Below, one piece after another: positions 46,067-54,332 of a DNA stretch of 64,000 nucleotides. Positions within the stretch are counted from its first letter, which is position 1; each line of letters starts with the position of its first letter. The notes under the pieces were generated by a model. That model had not been told where the DNA came from and did no database searches. It saw only the letters and a list, made by a program, of their open reading frames with translations. This DNA comes from an uncultured Armatimonadetes bacterium. Lineage in GTDB: Bacteria; Armatimonadota; UBA5829; DTJY01. Both the position numbers and the translations under genes were made by a program. Location: assembly GCA_963717145.1 (NCBI GenBank), contig OY970325.1:2368001-2432000 (forward strand). Reading direction: 5' to 3'.

Positions 46067-47047
46067 TTACTCGTCGCCCGGCGGTGTAGGAGGCGCCTGA
46101 TCAGAAACCGGAGGCGGCGGACCTTCATCGCTCGGAGGAGTGATCACGGGCATCGGCATCTCGGGCTTCTTAGGGTCGATCTTATTGTCGATCTTGGCGG
46201 CATTCTTCACGCCAAGCAGCCAGTCCTGCCACTTCTCGCCGCGCTTCTGAACCATGATCTTGTCGACGAGTTCCTTGCGATCGGCGCCGGTAGCATCCTT
46301 GCCAAGCGCAGTCAACTTGATCAGGTGATAGCCATGGCTCGACTGCACTACGCCGCTCATCTCGCCGACTTTCAGCTTGAAGGCGGCTTCTTCGAACTTG
46401 GGATCCATGTAGTTCTTGCCGAAGAACCCGAGATCGCCACCCTTCTCCTTGTTTCCGGTGTCGTCGGAATACTTCTTTGCGGCCTCACCGAAGTCCAGGC
46501 CACCCTGAATCTCCTTGGCGATCTGCTCGATCTTGGCCTTGGATTCCTCTTCCTTCTTGGTCTTGTCAGCGGGGTCCTGCGTGTAGGGCACGCGGATCAG
46601 AATGTGGCTTGCCTTGATGAAGCCCGACAGGTCCTCGTCGGTCACCTTGATCTGCTTATCCAGAATGCCTTCCATCTGAAGCTGGAACTTCACTCTCGCG
46701 AAGTAGTGACTCGGAGTCATGCCGATACCACGGAGCGCCTCCTCGAAGGTCTGCCCCGGCGGTATTCGCGTCTTGATCTCGTCAAGCTTGGCGTTGATCT
46801 CTGCAACGGTGACCACGACGCCGGCTTTCCTGGCTTCCTGGCCCACGAGGCGCTGATCGAGCAGTTCCTCGAGTACCATCGAGGCGTTCCAGTCGAACAG
46901 GGTGTCTGCAAGCATCTGCTTGGTCACCTTCTCCCCATTAACTGTAGCCACGACGTCGGGTGTACCCTTCATCGTCGCTGCGAAAACAGGCAGAGCTGAA
47001 ATCAGTACTACGGTTAGTGCGAAGATAATAAGTCTTCTTGCGAGCAT
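46067..47047 (-). CDS. Parvulin-type peptidyl-prolyl isomerase / PrsA-SurA-like foldase
   Basis: VATVNGEKVT, ASHILI, FGEAAKKYSDD, GGDLGFF, FEEAAF, GYHLIK. Confidence 0.92.
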   Translation of the reverse strand: MLARRLIIFALTVVLISALPVFAATMKGTPDVVATVNGEKVTKQMLADTLFDWNASMVLEELLDQRLVGQEARKAGVVVTVAEINAKLDEIKTRIPPGQTFEEALRGIGMTPSHYFARVKFQLQMEGILDKQIKVTDEDLSGFIKASHILIRVPYTQDPADKTKKEEESKAKIEQIAKEIQGGLDFGEAAKKYSDDTGNKEKGGDLGFFGKNYMDPKFEEAAFKLKVGEMSGVVQSSHGYHLIKLTALGKDATGADRKELVDKIMVQKRGEKWQDWLLGVKNAAKIDNKIDPKKPEMPMPVITPPSDEGPPPPVSDQAPPTPPGDE

Positions 47048-47099
47048 ACGGTGTCTCCTTTCGAAGCGGAATCCCACATATATTACAACAATCGCCCTT

Positions 47100-48026
47100 T
47101 CAGGTCAATAACCCTTTTTCTTGCAGGCGCTCGACCTCCTCTCGTGTCGGCATGGAACGCTGCGCGCCGAGCCTGGTGACCGAGATCGCCGCCGCGCTGC
47201 AGGCAAACCCTGAAGCGGCCCGGATATCCATCCCGGATGAAAGTGCTACTCCCAACGCCCCGGTGAAGGCATCGCCCGCTGCGGTGGTATCGACGGCCTG
47301 GACCTTCGGCGCGGGTATGAACGTGTGCTCGCCCGCATCCACGACCAGAACACCCTTCGCTCCGAGCGTAAGTATGACGCTCTTCACGCCCATATCCACA
47401 AATCGCCTCACAACCGCCGGATCATCGGCCGGCTCATCGGCCTGCAGCCCGAGCAGATGCCTTGCCTCGGATTCATTGGGAAGCAGGACGTCCACCATCG
47501 CAAGCATATCCTTCGGAAGAGGACATGCCGGAGCGGGATTCAGGATCACTCGAACTCCCCGGTCGAATGCGAGCCGAACGGCGTGTTTCACCGTATCAAG
47601 CGGGACCTCGAGCTGGACGATGAGCGCATCGCACTCCGGGAGCACGTTCGCCGCACGGTCTACATCCCCCGGCGAGAGCGCTCCATTCGATCCGGGGGCG
47701 ACGGCGATCATGTTCTCCCCGCTGGAATCCACGAAAATCAGCGCCACTCCGGACGGCCTCTCGGGGTCTCGGACCACATATTCTGTTACGAGTCCTTCAC
47801 ATTCAAAGTTCCTGAGGGACGCGTCGCCGAAAACGTCGGATCCCACCCGAGCGACGAACACGACATCCGCGCCGAGCCGGGCCGCCGCGACGGCCTGGTT
47901 CGCGCCTTTCCCGCCGGGAACGGTGACGAACTCCCCGCCGATGACGGTCTCGCCCGGCATGGGCAGACGCCCGGTCTGCACCACCATATCGGTATTGCTC
48001 GACCCGACAACCATTATCTTGGACAC
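47100..48026 (-). CDS. rbsK: Ribokinase
   Basis: VVGSSNTD, PGGKGANQAVAAARLG, LNPAP, PNESE, VDTTAAGDAF. Confidence 0.95.
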   Translation of the reverse strand: MSKIMVVGSSNTDMVVQTGRLPMPGETVIGGEFVTVPGGKGANQAVAAARLGADVVFVARVGSDVFGDASLRNFECEGLVTEYVVRDPERPSGVALIFVDSSGENMIAVAPGSNGALSPGDVDRAANVLPECDALIVQLEVPLDTVKHAVRLAFDRGVRVILNPAPACPLPKDMLAMVDVLLPNESEARHLLGLQADEPADDPAVVRRFVDMGVKSVILTLGAKGVLVVDAGEHTFIPAPKVQAVDTTAAGDAFTGALGVALSSGMDIRAASGFACSAAAISVTRLGAQRSMPTREEVERLQEKGLLT

Positions 48027-48040
48027 TAGCTAACCCCTCC

Positions 48041-48445
48041 GGGAAACACGAATCTCACGAATAAACGAATATCGGGAAAAACCCCGGAACCAGCCTGTAC
48101 TCGGCCGCAGGCTTGGTGCAGCAACGATAGCTCATACTCACAAGTACACGTTACACGAATGCAGAGCGAATCCTCGGGAAACACGAATCTCACGAATAAA
48201 CGAATATCGGGAAAAACCCCGGAACCAGCCTGTACTCGGCCGCAGGCTTGGTGCAGCAACGATAGCTCATACTCACAAGTACACGTTACACGAATGCAGA
48301 GCGAATCCTCGGGAAGACCCAAAAACCAGCTCGTGCTCATCGGCAAGCTCCGTTCAACAGCGATAGCTCATACTCACAAGTTGACGGTACACGAATGCAG
48401 AGCAGATCCCTCTTGATTCGTCCGTTCGTGTGATTCGTGTTTCCC
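48041..48445 (+). repeat. 135-bp tandem units (two exact, one degenerate) plus one inverted ACGAAT-triplet motif
   Basis: Units start at 48041, 48176 and 48311; inverted motif at 48416-48445. Confidence 0.92.
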
Positions 48446-48451
48446 TCGCCT

Positions 48452-48862
48452 TTACAGGACGATGCGCTTGTATTCGACCCTCTTCTTGCCGAAGTTGACT
48501 AGGATTCCCAGGCGCAGGCCGCTGGCTTTCAGATAGGAGAAGACCTGTGCCTCAAACAGGTCACTCAGTTCAGAAACAGCTTTCAACTCGACGATGATCG
48601 TTCCATCCACCACTATGTCGAGGCGGTAGTCGCCAACCTTGTCTCCCCTGTAATGGATTTCGATCGGCTTCTGACATTCGAAAGGGATTCCCAGATCCTC
48701 AAGCTCCCTGCATAGAACTCGCTCATAGACACTCTCCCCAAAGCCGGGACCCAATTCGTTGTGAACCGCAAACACAGCCGACATGAGTCGGTAAGACAGC
48801 TCAGCGTACAAGACGCGGTTCCCCAACTCAGATTGTTCCGTCTCCAGTCCCATTCGTGTCAT
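48452..48862 (-). CDS. GxxExxY protein (PD-(D/E)XK nuclease superfamily)
   Basis: VHNELGPGFGESVYE, RLDIVVDG.IIVELK, QVFSYLKASG...GILVNFG; GGAGAGG RBS supplied by the last repeat unit. Confidence 0.95.
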   Translation of the reverse strand: MTRMGLETEQSELGNRVLYAELSYRLMSAVFAVHNELGPGFGESVYERVLCRELEDLGIPFECQKPIEIHYRGDKVGDYRLDIVVDGTIIVELKAVSELSDLFEAQVFSYLKASGLRLGILVNFGKKRVEYKRIVL

Positions 48863-49181
48863 TCCCTCTCCATTCGTGTGCCGGTACCTTGAGAGCATGA
48901 GTTCCCGCAGCCGCAACGCCGGTTTTCCCCATACATTCGTCCATTCGTCTGATTCGTGTTTCCCTCTCCATTCGTGTGCCGGTACCTTGAGAGCATGAGT
49001 TCCCGCAGCCGCAACGCCGGTTTTCCCCATACATTCGTCCATTCGTCCGATTCGTGTTTCCCTCTCAATTCGTGTGCCGGTACCTTGAGAGCATGAGCCA
49101 TCGCCTGATAGCATGAGTTCCCGCGGTCCACAACGCCGGTTTTCCCCATACATTCGTCCATTCGTCTGATTCGTGTTTCCC
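48862..49181 (-). repeat. Three tandem ~98-bp units (outermost has a ~20-nt insertion)
   Basis: Period 98 (48870, 48968, 49066); on the minus strand each unit starts gggaaacacgaatc.gacgaatggacgaat. Confidence 0.92.
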
Positions 49182-49186
49182 CGGGT

Positions 49187-51559
49187 CTACGGCCAGGCTT
49201 CGTCCTCGCCGGCCAGTTCCTCGATGCGCGCCTCCCGCGAATAGACTCGTACCCGTGTCTGATCGGAGGCCGGGACCGTCACCTCGCCCACCATCCCGAG
49301 CTTCGAATGTCGCACCGTGAGCGTCTGATCCCGCATCGACGGGTTCACGAGCGTAAGCACCAGGTCGTCGTCCACCTCCTCGGTCGACTCGATCCATGAG
49401 CTGTCGAACACGTAGACCTCGCGGCTGTCCGCATCTATGACGATGTCACCGAACCCGTGGGTATACATGTCCGCGTAGAGTATCAGCCCGGCGCACCACG
49501 AATGTGCGAGCTGGAGCATCGAGCCCTTCGCGTGCGTCCAGTCGGTGTGGAACCACTGCTCCGTGATCATTCCCTTCCGCGCGTTGAAATCGCCGTCCGA
49601 GCGCGCGATGAACTGGTGGAAGCAAGCGAGATGATCCGCCGCGCGGCTGAGATAGTATGTGTCGCCCGTGTACTGCCACAAGCGGAGAAGCTCCGGGTGG
49701 CAGATCAGCCCGTAGTTGTGCAGGTGATTGTTCGATGGAGACGCAATGTCGGCGCCGAGCGTGCGGAAGTCGTACTTCCCGAGGATCGTGTCGTCCGCGA
49801 ACTGGGTGTTGTAGGTCCAGCGGAACGTCGCCACAAGGTCCGCCGCGTACTGCGCGAGTTCGAGCCACTTCTCATCCTGAGTCGCCTCGTAGAGATGAAC
49901 GCAGGCGATCAGCGCATTGTACGCGTCCTCAGAAGTCGGTGTGAGGTGGACATCCTCCGGTGCGCCATAGATGTACTCGTCCTCGATGAACCGCTTGTAG
50001 TACTCTCCCGCCTTGATCGCCGCGTCCCGATACGCGGTGTTGCCGGAATACTTCGCGCCCGCCAGGAGCGCCGGGATCCACATGATGCCGCCCGCGCCGT
50101 CCCATTCCTCGCACTGCCCGCTGTTGATGTTGTAGTACGAGCCGAAGTTCCCATCCTCGCGCTGGACCTTCAGGGCGAACTCGAGGTTCTTCTTCGCCGC
50201 CTCGGCCCAGTTGGGATGTGCCGCCGCTCCACCACCCTGTAGGGGCGTGCCTTGTGCCGCCTGAGACACCTCTGCGGGCGGCACAAGGCGCGCCCCTACA
50301 GGTGTCCCCTTCGCATATTCGAGCGCCTGGAAGTAGAACCAAGTCGCCTCGCTGACCGTCCGCGCCTGAATCCACTCCGGCTTGGGGTTCCAGCCGGTGC
50401 CCCAGCCGTTCTCCTGCGTCCACTCCGGATAGAAGAGCCCGCACGGAGAGATCCCCTCGTCCGCGATCTTGTTGAGCACCATCAATCCGGCTTCCGTGTA
50501 ATCTGTGTTCTGTACCCTCTCCCCGTACTTCCAGAGCGCGAAGGCATACGGAGCGCCGCTCACCCACGCGACGTGCATATGCGGGCGATCGACCTGCCCG
50601 GCCCCCTTGCCGAAGTACTTGTCGAACGCGCAGGTCTCGTAGAGCGCCTTCTGCTCCGGGTCATAGTGCCAGCGATGGAGTCCGTACGCCAGAAGCTCCT
50701 CGGCCTCCTCCATCGACACCCACGGGTTCGTCTCGTCCTCGGATGCATTGTAGATGTCGCGGATCAGGCCGTCGTACGCGTGGATGTCGCGCTCGTCGAC
50801 CATCGTGCTGAACGCGATCTGGACCGCTTCCCTGGGCATGACCGTCACGTCGAGGGCCTCGGGCGCGTTGGCATCCTCGCGGATAAAGCTGTATTTGACG
50901 GGCTCCTCCACGTAGGGGTAGTTGAGCATCAGGAACGTGCCGCTCGAATCGCCCCGGAATCCGACGCCGCTGTCGCCGTGGCTGAAGGGTTCGCGCGTCG
51001 CCAGACAAGTGGTCAGGTTGTCCGTCCAGCAGAAGACCGACGGGCAGGACGAGCGATCGGACCGGAACGCCCAGTAGTTCGAGACGAACTCATTGGGGTT
51101 GCCGCCCTCGAATGCGTATCGAGGATAACGTCGGACGCAACTCTCCGGGCGATTGTGCTTGTAGAACATCGCCGGCACCATCCACCTCGGGACGCCGGAA
51201 TCCGGCACGCGGAAGGCGATATGGAATCCGCACTCGATCGGATCCTCGCCGAGGTACGCGATCTGGATGCGCCATTCGAGCCGCTCGGCCATGTCTCCAG
51301 CGGGAACGATCCGCCCCTGGATCTGCCAGTCGTCCATCCCGGGGAACTCGCCGGTGAACTCCGCCATATCACCGGCGGACGCGCGCTTAATCGCCGCAGG
51401 TACCCGCTGGTCGCCGATGCGGATTGAGAGGAAGCTCTCCCCGCGCAACGCCGGGACCTCGCCCGTCTCGCGCTGATGGTAAATATTCGGGATGAGGGAA
51501 TCGCCCGGACCGGACTCGAAAGCAAGCTTGGTGTTACCGTGGATGAGGGTGGAATCCAT
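49187..51559 (-). CDS. Hypothetical protein, putative (alpha/alpha)6-barrel carbohydrate-processing enzyme
   Basis: 790 aa; beta-rich N-part; helical C-part (YGAPED, SEDAY, LYEATQDEKWL..A, LWQYTGD.YYL.RA); co-oriented with rbsK. Confidence 0.65.
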   Translation of the reverse strand: MDSTLIHGNTKLAFESGPGDSLIPNIYHQRETGEVPALRGESFLSIRIGDQRVPAAIKRASAGDMAEFTGEFPGMDDWQIQGRIVPAGDMAERLEWRIQIAYLGEDPIECGFHIAFRVPDSGVPRWMVPAMFYKHNRPESCVRRYPRYAFEGGNPNEFVSNYWAFRSDRSSCPSVFCWTDNLTTCLATREPFSHGDSGVGFRGDSSGTFLMLNYPYVEEPVKYSFIREDANAPEALDVTVMPREAVQIAFSTMVDERDIHAYDGLIRDIYNASEDETNPWVSMEEAEELLAYGLHRWHYDPEQKALYETCAFDKYFGKGAGQVDRPHMHVAWVSGAPYAFALWKYGERVQNTDYTEAGLMVLNKIADEGISPCGLFYPEWTQENGWGTGWNPKPEWIQARTVSEATWFYFQALEYAKGTPVGARLVPPAEVSQAAQGTPLQGGGAAAHPNWAEAAKKNLEFALKVQREDGNFGSYYNINSGQCEEWDGAGGIMWIPALLAGAKYSGNTAYRDAAIKAGEYYKRFIEDEYIYGAPEDVHLTPTSEDAYNALIACVHLYEATQDEKWLELAQYAADLVATFRWTYNTQFADDTILGKYDFRTLGADIASPSNNHLHNYGLICHPELLRLWQYTGDTYYLSRAADHLACFHQFIARSDGDFNARKGMITEQWFHTDWTHAKGSMLQLAHSWCAGLILYADMYTHGFGDIVIDADSREVYVFDSSWIESTEEVDDDLVLTLVNPSMRDQTLTVRHSKLGMVGEVTVPASDQTRVRVYSREARIEELAGEDEAWP
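50236..50302. repeat. GTAG REP doublet inserted in frame in the CDS
   Basis: cctgtaggggcgtgccttgtgccgcc / ggcggcacaaggcgcgcccctacagg (26-bp arms, 1 mismatch). Confidence 0.88.
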
Positions 51560-51584
51560 GAAAAGGCCTCCTTGCTGCTTGAGG

Positions 51585-51613
51585 ATTATACCGCCGGGAG
51601 TACCCTCTGTCAA
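51585..51613 (-). promoter_or_regulatory. Consensus sigma70 promoter
   Basis: TTGACA-17 nt-TATAAT on the minus strand. Confidence 0.75.
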
Positions 51614-51679
51614 ACCAGCCCGTCACGTCCGGCCTTGCGGTGGGATTGCCGGTGGAGTACAATGTGGCGGGGGGACGCT

Positions 51680-53321
51680 ATGAATGCGGTCAGGGCATGG
51701 ATCGAGCGACATGGGTATCCGTTCGCGGTGGTGTGCATCGCGGCGGCGACGACGATCTTCTACCCCGGTCGCGCCTACTTCGCGAAGGGGCAGTGGGCTC
51801 TTCTCTATCTGCCGGTGATCGTACTGGTGGCGAGCGCGAGTGGCGTAACACCGGCCCTTGTGGCCGCGATACTCGCGTTCCTGTCGTGGAACTTCTTCTT
51901 CCTACCCCCGTACCACACGTTTATCATCGCAGATCCCAAGGACCTGATCTCGCTCTTCGTCTTCCTGCTCGTCGGGGTCGCGATGGGCCTGCAGACGGGA
52001 CGCATGAGGGCGCGCGAGACCCAGGCGCTGATCGGCGAGCGGGAGGCCACGCTGCTGAACCGATTCAGTTCCCACCTGGTCACGGAGATGAACACCGCCG
52101 GCTTGACGGACATGCTCCTCGGCGAGATCGCCTCCACGATAGGCGCCGATAAGGCGGCCCTCTATCTCTCGGACGACGAAGGGGAGTTCGCCTGCGCAGG
52201 GAAGTCGCCGGCGCTGATCGCCGAACCGGACGAGACGATCGACGATCTGGCGGCATGGGTCTACGAGCGCGCCAAGGCGATCGGTCTGCCTGCCGATAAG
52301 AGCGCGATGGGAGAGGACGCTTGGCCGATATCCGTGAGCCACGACGAGGTGTCACCCGGGATGACCCTCACCCCAACCCTCTCCCTCGAAGGGAGAGGGG
52401 GCGCAGAACTCCCTCTCCCTTCGAGGGAGAGGGTTGGGGTGAGGGTCAACCGGAGGGACATCCTGCTCCCCCTGCAGTCAGCATCGCGCGTGGAGGGAGT
52501 GCTCTACGTCGGCCCGAAGCGGAACGCGGCGCAGTACGATCCCCATGATGCAAGGCTGCTCGTCTCGATTGTGAACCAGGCGGCGGCGTTCCGGGAGCGA
52601 CGGCGGCTTCAACACGTCGCGAGCCGGGCCGAGGCGCTCCACGAGGCGGATCGGCTGAAGTCGGCGTTCCTCTCCTCCATCTCACACGAGTTGAAGACTC
52701 CCCTCGCCTCGGTAACGGCGACAATCACAGGCTTGCTCGAAGAAGACGTGGGCTGGGATACTGAGATGATACGCCAGGAACTCGGCGCTATCAGCGAGGA
52801 CCTGGATCGCCTGAACGACAGCATCAGCGCACTGCTCGATCTCTCCCGGCTGGAATCGGACGCGTGGTCTCCTCAAAGGGAGTGGTACGAGATCGGAGAC
52901 ATAGTCGGCTCGGCGGTCTCGAAGGTGCCTCAAAAGCAGCGGGACCGGATCAGCTTCCTGGTGCCCAGCGATCTTCCACCAATCCATGTCGACTTCCGAC
53001 AATGGGCTCGGGCGCTCCAGAATCTGCTCGAGAATGCGCTGGCCTACAGCGACCCCGACCGAGCCGGTGTTGATCGGAGCATCGGCGGATGACCGAGAGG
53101 TGCGCATCTGGGTCGAAGATCGCGGTCCCGGGATCGCCACGGAGGAGCGGACGAGGATCTTCGAGAAGTTCTACCGTGGCGCGGCCTCCGAGAAGGTGCC
53201 TTCGGGCACGGGTCTCGGGCTGGCGATTGCTCGGGAGATAGTCGACTCGCACGGCGGAAGCATCTTCGTCGAGGATGCCGAGCCGCACGGGTCGCGGTTT
53301 GTGATCGTGCTGCCGGCGTAG
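51680..53321 (+). pseudogene. KdpD-like sensor kinase (DUF4118, GAF, HisKA, HATPase) split by a +1 frameshift at 53053-53056; possibly a sequencing error
   Basis: NFFFLPPYHTF, ISHELKTPLA, NLLENA in one frame; VEDRGPGI, IFEKFYR, GTGLGLAI in the next frame. Confidence 0.8.
52362..52448. repeat. 87-bp palindrome (38-bp perfect arms) in frame within the kinase GAF region
   Basis: tgaccctcaccccaaccctctccctcgaagggagaggg and its exact reverse complement; encodes TLTPTLSLEGRGGAELPLPSRERVGVRV. Confidence 0.92.
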
Positions 53322-53494
53322 TGGCCGTGCCTCAGTGCCGGCCCACCACGTGTCGCGACATGGCCGGCACTGAGGCACGGCCACTGCAGTGAGGAACGAT
53401 GGGGATACCCGAGAAACGGCTGAAGACATGGCCGGCACAGAGGCACGGCCACTACAGTGAGGAACGATGGGAATACCAGAGAAGCGGCTGAAGA
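53318..53494. repeat. GTAGTGGCCGTGCC REP doublet plus a 68-bp tandem duplication including the kdpE RBS and first codons
   Basis: Units start at 53357 and 53425. Confidence 0.88.
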
Positions 53495-54165
53495 TCCTGG
53501 TGATCGACGATGAGGAGCAGATCCGGCGGGCGCTGAAGTCCATCCTCAGCGTACGGCACTACGACGTGATCCTCGCCACAAACGGGGACGAAGGCCTCGA
53601 CCTGGCCATCGACCATACGCCGGACCTGGTGATCCTGGACATATCGATGCCGGGGATGAGCGGGCTGGAGGTCTGCCGGGAATTGCGCGCCTGGTACAAC
53701 GGGCCGATCCTGGTGCTCTCGGTCCGCTCCGATGACGCAGACAAGATAAGCGCCCTCGACCTGGGAGCGGACGACTACCTCACGAAACCGTTCTCGGCGG
53801 GCGAACTGCTGGCTCGGATCCGGGCACTCCTGCGTCGGGCTTCCGGAGTCCCCGCGTCGCCGCCGGTGATATCCGCAGGGGACCTGGAGATCGACATCGC
53901 CACCCGCCGCGTGACCCGGGCGGGAGACGAGATCGAACTGACCCGGACCGAGTTCGACATCCTCGCCTACCTCGCACAGAATGCGGACCGAGTCGTGACC
54001 TCGAAGATGATCCTGGAGCACGTCTGGGGGCCCGAATACGGCGAGGACACCCAGACGCTGCGGGTACACGTCAGCCATCTGCGCAAGAAGATCGAGCCCC
54101 ACTCCGCAGTCCCGAAGTACATCCTCACCGAACCGGGCGTCGGCTTCCGGTTCTCCCTGTCCTGA
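53467..54165 (+). CDS. kdpE: KdpE-like OmpR-family response regulator
   Basis: ILVIDDEEQIRRAL, DLVILD, GADDYLTKPF, VWGPEY..DTQTLRVHVS.LRKKIE, TEPGVGFRF. Confidence 0.85.
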   Translation: MGIPEKRLKILVIDDEEQIRRALKSILSVRHYDVILATNGDEGLDLAIDHTPDLVILDISMPGMSGLEVCRELRAWYNGPILVLSVRSDDADKISALDLGADDYLTKPFSAGELLARIRALLRRASGVPASPPVISAGDLEIDIATRRVTRAGDEIELTRTEFDILAYLAQNADRVVTSKMILEHVWGPEYGEDTQTLRVHVSHLRKKIEPHSAVPKYILTEPGVGFRFSLS

Positions 54166-54332
54166 CAAGTCCACTCAGGAATAACAGCGGACGGGGAATA
54201 CACAGAATCTTAACACTTCCGAAGCTTTCTTCACGGTAAATGAACAGCCCGTCTTGGTAAAATGTTTGTTATGCGCCCGGATGCGGGACACAACCATCGT
54301 TCATCTGTGCAGCAGAGCTGTTGGAGGTTTCT

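Larger units (their letters stand above)
48039..49185. mobile_element. Candidate GxxExxY-nuclease element with inverted compound repeat arrays
   Basis: Outer inverted ends gggaaacacgaatc / gattcgtgtttccc; CCGGG direct repeat at 48039-48043 and 49181-49185; single GxxExxY gene inside. Confidence 0.6.

Noticed and set aside
48041-49181. CRISPR array
   Set aside because: Units are 98-135 bp and near-identical along their length, there are no unique spacers and no cas genes are in the window.
48026-49397. ORFs made of repeat units (48026-48346, 48159-48416, 48828-49034, 48859-49161) and the 233-aa extension of GxxExxY
   Set aside because: They are translations of the tandem repeats; the GxxExxY domain starts at ATG 48862 behind a good RBS.
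54166-54330. c-di-AMP (ydaO) riboswitch upstream of the KimA-like gene
   Set aside because: The conserved GCTGAATCC / GGGGTGAATC motifs are not visible; an Infernal scan would be needed to exclude it fully.
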